Source: Sphingobacteriales bacterium (GTDB taxonomy: Bacteria; Bacteroidota; Bacteroidia; Chitinophagales; JADIYW01). Taken from it: DNA of 64,000 nucleotides. The stretch spans positions 1,358,185 to 1,422,184 of the forward strand of contig CP064984.1 in the NCBI GenBank assembly GCA_016699615.1, written 5' to 3'. A program made the translations under genes and the position numbers. The notes beneath the pieces are model-generated. The model saw only the letters and a program-made list of their open reading frames with translations, was not told the origin of the DNA and did not search any database. Each line of letters begins with the position of its first letter. The stretch's first letter is position 1. Shown piece after piece: positions 29,116-40,055 of this stretch.

Positions 29116-29664
29116 ATGCAATCAATTATAAAATACACAATCATTCTATTTTTTTTTACAGTAAGCATATGTACTATAGCTAAAGAAGAAGTAAAAGAAC
29201 CATATTTAGTACGTACAAAAGACTTTAGTGTAATAGATTTCGGGCTAAAGCAAGTAGATTTAGGACTTACAGCTGTAATTTTTAATCCAATTAAAGCAAA
29301 GGCCAAAATTGATGAAATAGTTATCGATGTATTTGTTGAAGATAAAAAACTGGGCACAATTTTAGAAGTACCAGAAGTTGTAAAAGTACCCAAAAATGAC
29401 ACATTTGATTTGCCATTAAAAATTGCAGTAAAAACAGGACCGACATTAGGAAAATTTGCCACAGAATCAGCAAGATTAGCATTAGGCAAATCAGTAAAAG
29501 TACAATACAAAGGTTACATAAAAATAATTGCCATAGGTTTTATTCCAATAAAGGTAAAAATTGACGAAACTGAGTATTTTACAAAAAATGATATATTCAA
29601 AACGCCACCAAAAAAACCAATTGATACAATAACCATCAAGAAAGCACCAAAGAGCATAGAATAA
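29116..29664 (+). CDS. LEA_2 (LEA14/NDR1-HIN1-like) domain protein with a signal anchor
   Basis: 182-aa ORF: VDLGLTAVIFNPIKAKAKIDEIVIDVFVEDKKLGTILEVPEVVKVPKNDTFDLPLKI. It lies 3 nt after the preceding LEA_2-like gene. Confidence 0.6.
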   Translation: MQSIIKYTIILFFFTVSICTIAKEEVKEPYLVRTKDFSVIDFGLKQVDLGLTAVIFNPIKAKAKIDEIVIDVFVEDKKLGTILEVPEVVKVPKNDTFDLPLKIAVKTGPTLGKFATESARLALGKSVKVQYKGYIKIIAIGFIPIKVKIDETEYFTKNDIFKTPPKKPIDTITIKKAPKSIE

Positions 29665-29735
29665 CACAATAGTATAGTTATTAAAATATAAATTATAGAA
29701 ATGACTATAGATTTTTTATTAGCTTTGCAAACAAT

Positions 29736-30104
29736 ATGTTTAAATCACTCAAAGCAATAGTTGCTTGCAAATGCCCAAAATGTAAAGAAGGAAATCTGTT
29801 TGTCAATCCAAATCCATATGTATTTAAAGATTTAGATAAGATGTATGACAATTGCCCAAAATGCAATTTTGACTTACGCAATGAAACAGGATTTTATTGG
29901 TTTTCAATGTACATTAGTTATATACTTAGTACAGCCATTACCATAGCAAATTTTGTTGTTTTCGGATTGTTATTTGGCTTTCTAGAGCATATAGTTACCT
30001 TTATTATTATAAATGCAATTATTCTAATCATACTATTGCCATTTATTTTTAGATGGTCTAGAATTTTAAGCATATATCTCACACTTAAAGTGGATAAAAA
30101 TTAG
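29736..30104 (+). CDS. DUF983 family membrane protein
   Basis: 122-aa ORF with the zinc ribbon CPKCKEGNLF...CPKCNFD followed by two TM helices. Confidence 0.7.
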   Translation: MFKSLKAIVACKCPKCKEGNLFVNPNPYVFKDLDKMYDNCPKCNFDLRNETGFYWFSMYISYILSTAITIANFVVFGLLFGFLEHIVTFIIINAIILIILLPFIFRWSRILSIYLTLKVDKN

Positions 30105-30126
30105 AATATCTTTTTAGATTTGTGTA

Positions 30127-31533
30127 GTGCAACTTAGTTTCTCAGAAAAAGAATCAAAAATATTACGCGTAATAGCTAAAGCAGCTAAAAACTTAGGTGT
30201 TGAAGCATTTGCAGTAGGTGGTTTTGTAAGAGACAAATTACTCAATAAAGAATGTAAAGACTTAGACATTGTTTGCCTTGGCAATGGAATAGATTTAGCA
30301 CATGAAGTGTCTAATTTATTAGATACCAAACCCAAAGTTTCATTTTTTAAGAATTTTGGTACAGCACAATTCAAATACCATGATTTAGATATAGAATTTG
30401 TTGGCGCTAGAAAAGAATCTTATAGAAACGATAGCAGAAAACCAATAGTAGAAGATGGCACACTAGAAGAAGACCAACTTAGAAGAGATTTTACAATAAA
30501 TGCACTAGCAATCTATCTTTCAGAAGAAAAATTTGGCAAAATATTAGATTCATTTAATGGCTTAGAAGATTTAGAAAACAAAATAATTAGAACACCAACA
30601 GATGCAAATATCACATTCAATGATGATCCTTTGCGCATGATGCGTGCCATACGTTTTGCTACACAACTAAATTTTAGAATAGAAGAAAAAACATACCAAG
30701 CCATAGAACCATTAGCAAATAGATTATCAATTATTTCGCAAGAAAGAATAACAGATGAGCTAAATAAAATTATAAAAGCAAAACAACCATCAATTGGCTT
30801 TAAAATGTTGTATAATACCAAATTACTACATCAGTTTTTTCCAGATATGGTCAAATTGCAAGGCGTTTCATTACAAGATAACTATGGCCATAAAGATAAT
30901 TTCTACCACACATTAAAAGTATTAGACAATATATCAGAATATACAAATAATTTGTGGTTGCGTTGGGCAGCTATCTTGCATGATATTGGTAAGCCAGCAA
31001 CACAAAAATTTGAACAAGGTCATGGCTGGACATTTCATAACCACGAATATATTGGCATGAAGATGGTGCCTAAAATATTTGCAAAATTAAAATTGCCTTT
31101 AGATGAGAAAATGAAATATGTGCAGAAATTAGTATTACTACATCTTAGACCAATTTCTCTAACAAAAGATAATATCACAGACTCAGCAATTCGTCGTATA
31201 ATATTTGATGCCAATGAAGATTTAGAAGATTTACTTATATTGTGTAATGCAGATATTACATCAAAAAACGAAAAAAAAGTAGCAAAGTATAAAGAAAACC
31301 TAGAACTAGTAAAAAAGAGAATAGCAGAAGTAGAAGAAAGAGATAAAATAAGAAACTGGCAACCACCAATCGATGGATTGCTTATTATGCAAACATTTAA
31401 CTTAAAACCAAGTAGAGAAGTAGGCATCATTAAAGAACATATAAAAGATGCAATATTAGATGGCATTATTCCAAACGATTTTGATGCAGCATTTCAACTA
31501 ATGATACAAAAAGCAAAAGAAATTGGTTTATAA
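30127..31533 (+). CDS. tRNA nucleotidyltransferase/poly(A) polymerase family protein with an HD domain (CCA-adding-enzyme-like)
   Basis: 468-aa ORF with a GTG start. Motifs: AVGGFVRDKLL, DLDIV, RRDFTINALA, and HD motif AAILHDIGKP. Confidence 0.8.
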   Translation: MQLSFSEKESKILRVIAKAAKNLGVEAFAVGGFVRDKLLNKECKDLDIVCLGNGIDLAHEVSNLLDTKPKVSFFKNFGTAQFKYHDLDIEFVGARKESYRNDSRKPIVEDGTLEEDQLRRDFTINALAIYLSEEKFGKILDSFNGLEDLENKIIRTPTDANITFNDDPLRMMRAIRFATQLNFRIEEKTYQAIEPLANRLSIISQERITDELNKIIKAKQPSIGFKMLYNTKLLHQFFPDMVKLQGVSLQDNYGHKDNFYHTLKVLDNISEYTNNLWLRWAAILHDIGKPATQKFEQGHGWTFHNHEYIGMKMVPKIFAKLKLPLDEKMKYVQKLVLLHLRPISLTKDNITDSAIRRIIFDANEDLEDLLILCNADITSKNEKKVAKYKENLELVKKRIAEVEERDKIRNWQPPIDGLLIMQTFNLKPSREVGIIKEHIKDAILDGIIPNDFDAAFQLMIQKAKEIGL

Positions 31534-31663
31534 GCTATAATATATTACAACAAATAAGTATTTTTGGAAACAACAATTTAAATAAAGAAAAAATAATTCT
31601 ATTTTATATATAAATAGAATATTATGTTATCTTTACATACAATACCACACACAAAACTAAAAC

Positions 31664-33163
31664 ATGTTAAAAATAGACAACAAACAAGACTCAAACAATC
31701 AAATCATTCTGTTTGATATCAACAGAAAGGAAAGTCTAGAATTCTTAGAAAAAGAAGAACAACAACTAGTACAAGCAAAACTAGATAAAAACATACATAC
31801 AATACATTTCCAAATACACCATATACAATACATACTTTATGGTTTTAAGATAGAAGGCGATGCTAATGAGGCAAAAGAAAAACTTAGAATAGACGCACAT
31901 AAAATATACAATTACCTAAGTACAGCAAAAGAAAACAGCGCATCATTAAATATTTTAGACAAATTAGATAATAAATATATCATTGCATTCCTCGAAGGAT
32001 TTTTATTATCTCAATATCAATTTGATAAATACAAAAAACAAAAAGCAGAAATATTTACATTATACATTCCAAACAATTTACTTCCAAAACAAAGCCTAAC
32101 AGAAATCAATAGCATTGTAGATGCAGTAAAGATTACAAAAAATCTAATCAACGAACCACAAAATTTCTTAAGTACATTACAATATACAACAGAAATAAAA
32201 AATATATTCAAAGGCACTACTGTAAAACACACATTTTGGAATCAAGCTAAGATAGAAAAAGAAAAAATGGGCGGAATATTGGCAGTAAACCAAGGCAGCC
32301 AAAACACAGCATTCTTCCACCAATTAGAATATAAACCACAAAACGCACAAAACAAACAACCAATAGTTTTGGTAGGCAAAGGCGTAATGTACGATACAGG
32401 TGGCTTATCAATAAAAACAACAACCAATAGCATGGATTTAATGAAATGCGACATGGCTGGCTCAGCAACTGTGATTGGTGCCATGCACGCAATTTCAAAA
32501 ATGAATTTGCCATTTCATATTATTGGATTAATACCATCAGTAGAAAATAAAATAAACTCAAATGCAGTTTGTCCAGGAGACATAATTACTATGTACGATG
32601 GCACAACAGTAGAAGTAATGAATACTGACGCAGAAGGAAGATTAATTCTAGCAGATGCACTACACTATGCCAAAAGTCTAAATCCAGAATTGGTAATTGA
32701 CCTAGCAACACTAACAGGCGCAGCCATTCGTTCTGTAGGAAGAGAAGCAGCATTAATAATGAGCAATGCAGATAAAAAAACCAATAAAAAACTAGAAAAA
32801 TCAGGACTAAAAACAGCCGAAAAATTAATATTTTTTCCACTTTGGAAAGAATACAAAGACTATCTAAAATCTGATATTGCAGACATAAAAAATATTGGAG
32901 GCGTAGATGCAGGAAGCATAACAGCAGCAAAATTCCTAGAACACTTTACAAACTATCCTTGGGCTCATATAGATTTATCGCCAGCATACGTTACTTCAAA
33001 CTATAATTATAGAGGAAGATTCGCAACTGCCTTTGGTGTTAGATTATTGTGTAAATTTGTAAAGAATTTATCGAAGGAGAAAAAAAATATTAAAGAAAAA
33101 AATACACCAAAAAATGTCCAACCAAAAACAAGAAAAAATAAAAGTAGGAATAACACTAGGTGA
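31664..33163 (+). CDS. pepA: Leucyl aminopeptidase (M17)
   Basis: 499-aa ORF with the motifs VGKGVMYDTGGLSIK and NTDAEGRLILADAL. An unusual Lys-rich tail of about 30 aa overlaps pdxA by 50 nt. Confidence 0.85.
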   Translation: MLKIDNKQDSNNQIILFDINRKESLEFLEKEEQQLVQAKLDKNIHTIHFQIHHIQYILYGFKIEGDANEAKEKLRIDAHKIYNYLSTAKENSASLNILDKLDNKYIIAFLEGFLLSQYQFDKYKKQKAEIFTLYIPNNLLPKQSLTEINSIVDAVKITKNLINEPQNFLSTLQYTTEIKNIFKGTTVKHTFWNQAKIEKEKMGGILAVNQGSQNTAFFHQLEYKPQNAQNKQPIVLVGKGVMYDTGGLSIKTTTNSMDLMKCDMAGSATVIGAMHAISKMNLPFHIIGLIPSVENKINSNAVCPGDIITMYDGTTVEVMNTDAEGRLILADALHYAKSLNPELVIDLATLTGAAIRSVGREAALIMSNADKKTNKKLEKSGLKTAEKLIFFPLWKEYKDYLKSDIADIKNIGGVDAGSITAAKFLEHFTNYPWAHIDLSPAYVTSNYNYRGRFATAFGVRLLCKFVKNLSKEKKNIKEKNTPKNVQPKTRKNKSRNNTR

Positions 33164-34181
33164 TGCAGCTGGAATTGGTCCAGAAATAATAATGAAAACA
33201 TTTAGTGATGATAGATTATTTAAACATTTTACACCTATTGTTTTCGGAAATCCAAGAATATTTTCATTCTACAAAAAAGTTATTGAGATAGATAAATTCC
33301 AATATTCAACAGTAAAAAACTATCAAAACCTAAGCAACAACTCTTTAAATATATTTCCAGTATGGAATGAAGAGTTTGCAATAAATATTGGAGAACCAAA
33401 TAAAGAAACAGGAAAGTACGCATTCTTATCATTAAAAGCAACCTGCGAAGCATTAGAAAAAAATGAAATTGATGTGTTGGTTACAGCACCAATCAATAAA
33501 GATGTAATACATTCTGATGAATTTCCATTTGCAGGACATACAGAATATTTACAAGCATTTTTTAGTGCAAAAGATAGTTTAATGTTTTTAGTAACGGATG
33601 AAATAAAAATTGGATTAGTAACAAACCATGTTGCAATCCATGATGTTGCAAAAAACATTTCAAAAGATAAAATCATTAGAAAGATAAGTCTAATGCACCA
33701 AACCTTGCAAGAAGATTTTAATATAGATAAACCTAAAATCGCAGTATTAGCATTAAATCCATACGCTGGAGACAATGGCGTAATAGGCAACGAAGAAAAA
33801 GATATCATCTATCCTGCAATTCAAGAAGCAAAGAATATGAATATCTTGGCATTTGGACCATACGCAGCTGATGGATTTTTCGCTTCAGACAATTATAAAA
33901 ATTTTGATGGAATACTAGCAATGTATCATGATCAAGGCTTAATACCATTCAAATACATAGCAAGAGAAGATGGCATCAATTTCACAGCAGGATTAAACAT
34001 CATTCGTACTTCTCCAGACCACGGAACAGCAGAAAACATTGCAGGAAAAGGCATTGCAGAAGAAGCATCATTTAGAAATGCAATTTATAAAGCAATTGAT
34101 ATATACAACAATAGAATCAATCACTTTGAGATGCGTAGCAATCCATTAGAAAAAATTGCACAGTTTAAAGAAGAAAGATAG
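33114..34181 (+). CDS. pdxA: 4-hydroxythreonine-4-phosphate dehydrogenase
   Basis: 355-aa ORF with the motifs ITLGDAAGIGPEI, GHTEYL, and IRTSPDHGTA. Confidence 0.9.
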   Translation: MSNQKQEKIKVGITLGDAAGIGPEIIMKTFSDDRLFKHFTPIVFGNPRIFSFYKKVIEIDKFQYSTVKNYQNLSNNSLNIFPVWNEEFAINIGEPNKETGKYAFLSLKATCEALEKNEIDVLVTAPINKDVIHSDEFPFAGHTEYLQAFFSAKDSLMFLVTDEIKIGLVTNHVAIHDVAKNISKDKIIRKISLMHQTLQEDFNIDKPKIAVLALNPYAGDNGVIGNEEKDIIYPAIQEAKNMNILAFGPYAADGFFASDNYKNFDGILAMYHDQGLIPFKYIAREDGINFTAGLNIIRTSPDHGTAENIAGKGIAEEASFRNAIYKAIDIYNNRINHFEMRSNPLEKIAQFKEER

Positions 34182-34203
34182 CAAACAACCTAAACCATAG
34201 CAG

Positions 34204-35131
34204 TTGAACACAGATTTTCCTAAATATTATTTAGCCAATGGAAAATTGTTGCTTACCTCAGAATATTTTGTCTTAGATGGTGCAAAAGCATTAGCAGTAC
34301 CAACAAAATTTTACCAAGAAATGCAATGTTTTAAAATCTGAAAACGAAGGCATATTTTGGGAAAGTTTAGATGAAAATAATGAAGTTTGGTTTTCATGTC
34401 AGATGTCTAAAAACATTGAATTATCAATATATTCAGACAAAAACATAGCTGAAACATTATTAAAAATTATACACTTAGCAATAAATAACGACAAAACCAT
34501 TGATTTTAATAATCTTCATGTAAGAACAAAGACAAATTTTAATAGAAATTTTGGATTAGGCACAAGCTCAACACTCATCAGTTTGATAGCACAATGGACT
34601 AACGCAAATCCATACTTTTTGTTAGAAAATTCATTTGGTGGCTCAGGTTATGATATTGCATGCGCAACATCAAAAAATGCAATTCTCTATCAAATTCAAA
34701 ATGAAAATAGAAATATTGAACACACACATTTTTCACCACCATTTCAAGAAAACATTTATTTTATTTACTTAGAAAATAAACAAAATTCAAGAGAAGGTAT
34801 ACAATATTATAAATCTATCAATCAAATAAATAAACAAAATACAATTGAACAACTAAATGATATTACTAATAAAATTATAAAATGTAATAATATTTATGAA
34901 TTTAATACATTGATAGAAAAACATGAACAATTAATATCTAGCCAGTTGCACATGAGCCCAATAAAAGCTACATTATTTAGTGATTTTTCAGGAAGCATAA
35001 AATCATTGGGCGCATGGGGCGGAGATTTTATTATGGCATGTAGTGATAAAGGTGCAGCGTATATTCAACAATATTTTAAAGAAAAAAAATACAATAACAT
35101 AATATCTTTTAACGACATGGTGTTAGATTAA
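34204..35131 (+). pseudogene. GYDIA-family GHMP kinase (candidate phosphomevalonate kinase), frameshifted
   Basis: Own translation from TTG 34204 gives LNTDFPKYYLANGKLLLTSEYFVLDGAKALAVPTKFYQEMQCFKI* (stop 34339-34341). It continues in another frame as SENEGIFWESLDENNEVWFSCQMSKNIEL... (listed ORF 34403-35131), which contains FGLGTSSTL and GGSGYDIACA. The junction lies in the TTTTAAAA run at 34329-34336. Confidence 0.75.
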
Positions 35132-35196
35132 TTGCTTATATTGCGTGGTTTCAATTTTTGAGTAGAAATAACTAAACACGTAAGCACAATACATCT

Positions 35197-36723
35197 ATGG
35201 ATATTACAGAGACAAAAGAAATCGCCAAAGTTCAAAAAAAATTATACCCATATCAAGAAATATATATTGAAAGGATACTTGGTGCATTGCTTCATAATGA
35301 GCGACGCGACAACTTAGTTTTTCAACTACCAACTGGTGGAGGAAAAACAGTTATATTTTCTGAGATAACAAGAAAATACATTGAGGCTACAGGAAAAAAA
35401 GTATTAATACTCACGCACAGAATAGAACTACTAAAACAAACAGCAAGAGCATTAGAAGAAGCCAATGTACACTGCAAACTTATTACAAGCGAAATAGATA
35501 GTGTCGAAGACCAAGAAGGTTATATGTGTTTCTTAGCAATGGTAGAAACGCTGAACAATAGACTAAAAGAAGATGAAGAATTTTTAAAAGAAATAGATTT
35601 AGTAATTGTTGACGAGGCGCATTACAATTCTTTTAGGAAGATTTTTAAATATTTTGAGAATACAATGATATTTGGTGTTACGGCAACACCATTAAGTTCA
35701 AATATTCATTTTCCATTAAGACACAATTACAAAAAACTAATTGTTGGAGATTCTATTAATGATTTAATTAGTAACGGATTTTTGAGTGATGCCAAAACAT
35801 ACACATATGATGTACATTTAGGTGGATTAAAAGTAGGAATTGATGGCGATTACACAGTCAACTCATTAGACAGAATCTACATGGGTTTTGATATGCACCA
35901 AATACTACTGAATGCTTACAACGAAAAAACAAAAGGCAAAAAAACATTGATTTTTAATAGCTCAATAGCAACATCAAAATCTGTAGAAAATTTCTTTAAA
36001 TTACATCAAATTCCAATTAGGCATTTAGATAGTACAAGCAACAAGCAAGACAGAAAAGAAGTACTACAATGGCTGAAAGAAACACCAGATGCAATTGTAA
36101 CAAGTGTTGGTATATTAACTACAGGATTTGATGAGCCAACAGTAGAAACAATTATTCTAAATAGAGCAACACGTTCACTTACATTGTACCATCAAATGAT
36201 AGGACGAGGAAGTAGAAGATTACCCAACAAAAGTGAATTTACAATCATAGATTTAGGTAATAATGCAAAAAGATTAGGACTATGGCAAGACCATATTGAT
36301 TGGCAAGATGTTTTTGTTAATCCAGATAGATTTTTAGAACATCTATTTGATAGAGAACAAAAAATGGAAAAAGGATTGATGTACACATTATCACAAGAGA
36401 TAATGGACAAATTTCCCAATACAGAAGACTTTTATTTTGATATAGAAAAAGAATACCAAAAATTATACTTAAAAGGACAAAAAACACTACAAGTATTAGA
36501 TATTTCTATACAAAACCATTACGAAAGAATAAAAGAAAACTGCACCAATTATTTAGATGCAGTAGAGTTGATTAATATTTTACAAGATGAAATAAAATAT
36601 AGATTGAATGTATATATTAATTGTTTATCAAAAGCAACCAAAAATTACTTCAATTATCTTTTAGAAGAATATAACACTAAACTGCACAAATTACTCAAAG
36701 AGAATTTGCCGTTTAGTGATTAA
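35197..36723 (+). CDS. Superfamily-2 DEAD/DEAH-box helicase (RadD / type III restriction res-subunit-like core)
   Basis: 508-aa ORF: QLPTGGGKTVIF (motif I), VIVDEAHYN (motif II), GVTATP (motif III), HQMIGRGSR (motif VI). The last ~130 aa are unassigned. Confidence 0.8.
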   Translation: MDITETKEIAKVQKKLYPYQEIYIERILGALLHNERRDNLVFQLPTGGGKTVIFSEITRKYIEATGKKVLILTHRIELLKQTARALEEANVHCKLITSEIDSVEDQEGYMCFLAMVETLNNRLKEDEEFLKEIDLVIVDEAHYNSFRKIFKYFENTMIFGVTATPLSSNIHFPLRHNYKKLIVGDSINDLISNGFLSDAKTYTYDVHLGGLKVGIDGDYTVNSLDRIYMGFDMHQILLNAYNEKTKGKKTLIFNSSIATSKSVENFFKLHQIPIRHLDSTSNKQDRKEVLQWLKETPDAIVTSVGILTTGFDEPTVETIILNRATRSLTLYHQMIGRGSRRLPNKSEFTIIDLGNNAKRLGLWQDHIDWQDVFVNPDRFLEHLFDREQKMEKGLMYTLSQEIMDKFPNTEDFYFDIEKEYQKLYLKGQKTLQVLDISIQNHYERIKENCTNYLDAVELINILQDEIKYRLNVYINCLSKATKNYFNYLLEEYNTKLHKLLKENLPFSD

Positions 36724-36735
36724 TATTAAAAGAAA

Positions 36736-38004
36736 TTAGAAATTGCTAATTATAGCATCTCCAAATTCAGAACATTTAAGTAAAGTTGCATTCTCCATCA
36801 AACGATGGAAATCATAAGTAACAGTCTTGTTTTTTATTGCTTGCTCTAAGCCTTTTACAATTAAGTTTGCTGCTTCATTCCAACCAATATATTCCAACAA
36901 CATTACACCACTCAATATTACAGAACTTGGGTTTACTTTGTCTTGGTTTGCATATTTTGGCGCAGTACCATGCGTTGCTTCAAAAATAGCCATTCCAGTG
37001 ATATAATTAATATTTGCACCTGGTGCAATACCAATACCACCAACCAACGCAGCCAATGCATCAGAAATATAATCACCATTTAAGTTTAGAGTAGCCACAA
37101 CATCATATTCTTCAGGTCTTAGAATGATTTGTTGTAAGAAATTATCTGCAATGGCATCTTTTACTATAATTTTTCCTTCTGCAACAGCTTTTTTCATAGC
37201 ATCATTTGCTTCTTCTACGCCATCTTCAACAGCAATTCTATCATATTGTGTCCAAGTAAATACTTTGTCTGCAAACTCTCTTTCTGCTAATTGATAGCCC
37301 CATTCCTTAAATTTACCTTCTGTAAATTTCATAATATTTCCTTTGTGTACAAGTGTAACAGATTTTCTATTATGCTTCACAGCATGTTCTAATGCAGCTC
37401 TGATTAATCTTTCTGAGCCTTCTTTAGAAACTGGTTTAATACCAATAGATGATGTTTCTGGGAAACGAATTTTATCTGTTACATTCAGTTCGTTTCTTAA
37501 GAAACTAATAATTTTTTTAGCATCATCAGTACCTTCTAGCCATTCTATACCAGCATAAATATCTTCAGTATTTTCTCTGAAAATAATAATATCTACTTTT
37601 TCAGGCACTTTAAAATTAGTTGGTACACCTTCAAAATATCTAACAGGACGAACACATGCATATAAATCTAATATTTGTCTTAAAGCCACATTTAATGAAC
37701 GAATACCACCACCAACTGGCGTTGTTAATGGTCCTTTTATTGCAATTAAATGTTCTTGTATTGTCGTTAATGTTTCTTCAGGCAACCACTTTCCAGTTTC
37801 TTTATATGCTTTCTCACCAGACAATACTTCCAGCCAATTTATCTTTCTCTTTCCATCATATGACTTCTTTATTGCTGCATCAAAAACTTTTACTGATGCG
37901 TGCCAAATATCTGGTCCTGTTCCATCTCCAATAATAAAAGGAACAATTGTTTCATCTGGCACATGTAGTGCGCCATTTTTCATGCTAATTTTTTCTGCTG
38001 ACAT
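36736..38004 (-). CDS. icd: NADP-dependent isocitrate dehydrogenase
   Basis: 422-aa ORF with the motifs [24 protein letters not shown] and [13 protein letters not shown]. Confidence 0.95.
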   Translation of the reverse strand: MSAEKISMKNGALHVPDETIVPFIIGDGTGPDIWHASVKVFDAAIKKSYDGKRKINWLEVLSGEKAYKETGKWLPEETLTTIQEHLIAIKGPLTTPVGGGIRSLNVALRQILDLYACVRPVRYFEGVPTNFKVPEKVDIIIFRENTEDIYAGIEWLEGTDDAKKIISFLRNELNVTDKIRFPETSSIGIKPVSKEGSERLIRAALEHAVKHNRKSVTLVHKGNIMKFTEGKFKEWGYQLAEREFADKVFTWTQYDRIAVEDGVEEANDAMKKAVAEGKIIVKDAIADNFLQQIILRPEEYDVVATLNLNGDYISDALAALVGGIGIAPGANINYITGMAIFEATHGTAPKYANQDKVNPSSVILSGVMLLEYIGWNEAANLIVKGLEQAIKNKTVTYDFHRLMENATLLKCSEFGDAIISNF

Positions 38005-38024
38005 ATTAATAGTTTTTTAATTGT

Positions 38025-38032
38025 TCAAAATT
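38025..38032 (-). promoter_or_regulatory. Candidate -7 promoter box (TAnnTTTG)
   Basis: TAATTTTG on the minus strand, about 20 nt upstream of the icd ATG (38004). Confidence 0.4.
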
Positions 38033-38221
38033 ATGGCACAAAGATATGAATTTTAATTTGTGTTATAATAATATTAACAAGATATAAGATATTTTGTTTT
38101 CTAAATATTTCAAACTAGAATTAACTATAGTTAATTAAAATACTAGTTGTTCATTATTAGCTTTTGTTAATTGATTTTGTTGTTTTATAAGAATAGATTT
38201 ATATAAATAAATTTCTAAAAT

Positions 38222-39085
38222 ATGACAGCAACTACGCATAAACTTAAAGTAAGAAATGTAAAATTTAATTTTGATAAAGTGCCAAAGCATTGGATACTAG
38301 GTAGCACAATTGCTACTCACTTTGTGAATAGTATGCATGTCGTTTTTCCAGAAGGCGAAAAATTCTTTGTAAGAAGTGTAAGACATTTTGCAAAGCAAAT
38401 AGATGACAAAGATTTAAAAACCGAGATAAATAGTTTTTGTGGACAAGAAGGCATACACGCACGCGAGCATCAACGATTTTGGGATGTAATGGAAGAACAA
38501 GACTTAAACCCAAGTTGGTTTGCAAATTTCTTAAAAGTATCAGCATTTTCTGGAAAATATAGCTATGAGAACCTGAGTGTAAAAATATTAAATCGAATAC
38601 AGCCAAACCTTGGCTATAAATTTGCACTTTCTGTAACTACAGCACTAGAACATTACACAGCAATATTGGCAAACGCACTTTTTCATGAACCAATTGCCAC
38701 AAATGATAATATTGCACCTCAAATGTTAGAACTACTACATTGGCATGCATCTGAAGAGATAGAACACAAGTCAGTATGTTTTGATGTGCTTAAAGAAGTA
38801 GATGATAGTTATATCCTACGTGTTTCTGGTATGGGAATGGCAAGTATTATGCTTTGGGGATATATTGGCATAGGGCAAATATATTTTATTTCAAAAGATA
38901 AAGACAAGAGCATAATCAAAATGCCAATAGAATCTTTTATTTTATTAAGAACAATAATTTTTGGAGAAATTGGAAAAAATTTATCTAAACATCTATTATT
39001 ATATTTCAAAAAAGATTTTCATCCAAATGATATTGATGATAGATATTTGATTGATAAATTTTTTGCAGATAAGTCTTACGCTTAA
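38222..39085 (+). CDS. Predicted metal-dependent hydrolase (PF10118-like)
   Basis: 287-aa ORF: SMHVVFPEGEKFFVRSVRHF ... CGQEGIHAREH ... LHWHASEEIEHKSV. The His/Glu motifs are typical of this family. Confidence 0.65.
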   Translation: MTATTHKLKVRNVKFNFDKVPKHWILGSTIATHFVNSMHVVFPEGEKFFVRSVRHFAKQIDDKDLKTEINSFCGQEGIHAREHQRFWDVMEEQDLNPSWFANFLKVSAFSGKYSYENLSVKILNRIQPNLGYKFALSVTTALEHYTAILANALFHEPIATNDNIAPQMLELLHWHASEEIEHKSVCFDVLKEVDDSYILRVSGMGMASIMLWGYIGIGQIYFISKDKDKSIIKMPIESFILLRTIIFGEIGKNLSKHLLLYFKKDFHPNDIDDRYLIDKFFADKSYA

Positions 39086-39098
39086 GACTTAGAAGAAA

Positions 39099-40049
39099 TT
39101 AGATATTACAAAGCAACTCAATTTTTTGTCCTTTGAGTTGTTTTTTTGTGCTTTCAAAATTTTGGGTAAAGCCTAAAATAAAACCACCACCACCAGCACC
39201 ACAAAGTTTTAGATAGTATTCACCAGTATCCAATCCACGTTTCCATAATTTATTAAATATTCTTGGAATCATTGGTTTGAAATGCTCAAACTGGAACTTA
39301 GAAAGTAATTTTAAGTATGCGAATAGAGTTTCTTTGTCACCATCTAAGAATGCTTGAATACAGTTGTTTGCAAATGGCTTTAATTGTTTATCTACGAATT
39401 CTCTGTACGTGTGCTCTTGCATACGCTGCATATAGTATTTTACAAGTGGCTCAGTAGAACGAGAAATTCCTGTATCTATTAAAAATATTGCGCCTTTACC
39501 ATCATTTTTTAATTCTACTTGTACTGGTTCTACACCATTTTTTCCATTAATTAATAATGGTAAATTCAAATAACAAATTAATGGATCAACACCAGAGCTA
39601 CTACCATGAAAATAAGATTCTAACACAGATAATACTTTTTTTAGTTCAAGTATTTCTTCTTTCTTTGGTGTTACATCTAAGTTTAGCTTATTTATACAAT
39701 AATTAGAATATACTGCTGCAACTAATGCACCAGAACTTCCAACACCAAAGCCTTGTGGTATTGAAGAATCAAAGTAAAGACCATTTTCAATATCAGCTTT
39801 AAGTAGTTCAATATTAAAATTGACTGTTAAAGATTTGTCATCTAATTTTTGTTGAATATAATTTGCAAAATCTTTTAGATATTGATTAGATTGTTGTACA
39901 AAATCAGAAGTATTATTATGTTTATTAAAAGAAAGGCTACCGCCAAACTCTTGGTATGGAAGTGTTAGACTCATAGAGTTTTGTATGGCACTATACTCAC
40001 CAAACAAAAGTATCTTAGAGTTGAATTTTTTATCTTTATTTTCAGCCAT
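39099..40049 (-). CDS. mvk: Mevalonate kinase (GHMP family)
   Basis: 316-aa ORF: KILLFGEYSAI, GFGVGSSGALVAAV, KLCGAGGGGF. It lies directly downstream of the diphosphomevalonate decarboxylase gene. Confidence 0.8.
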   Translation of the reverse strand: MAENKDKKFNSKILLFGEYSAIQNSMSLTLPYQEFGGSLSFNKHNNTSDFVQQSNQYLKDFANYIQQKLDDKSLTVNFNIELLKADIENGLYFDSSIPQGFGVGSSGALVAAVYSNYCINKLNLDVTPKKEEILELKKVLSVLESYFHGSSSGVDPLICYLNLPLLINGKNGVEPVQVELKNDGKGAIFLIDTGISRSTEPLVKYYMQRMQEHTYREFVDKQLKPFANNCIQAFLDGDKETLFAYLKLLSKFQFEHFKPMIPRIFNKLWKRGLDTGEYYLKLCGAGGGGFILGFTQNFESTKKQLKGQKIELLCNI

Positions 40050-40055
40050 TTGGCA

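Noticed and set aside
38119-38136. Perfect 18-bp palindrome AATTAACTATAGTTAATT in the divergent icd / metal-hydrolase intergenic region.
   Set aside because: The same statistical argument applies. It is made entirely of A/T apart from one C/G pair per arm and has no second copy in the window. It would only be worth revisiting if the motif recurs genome-wide.
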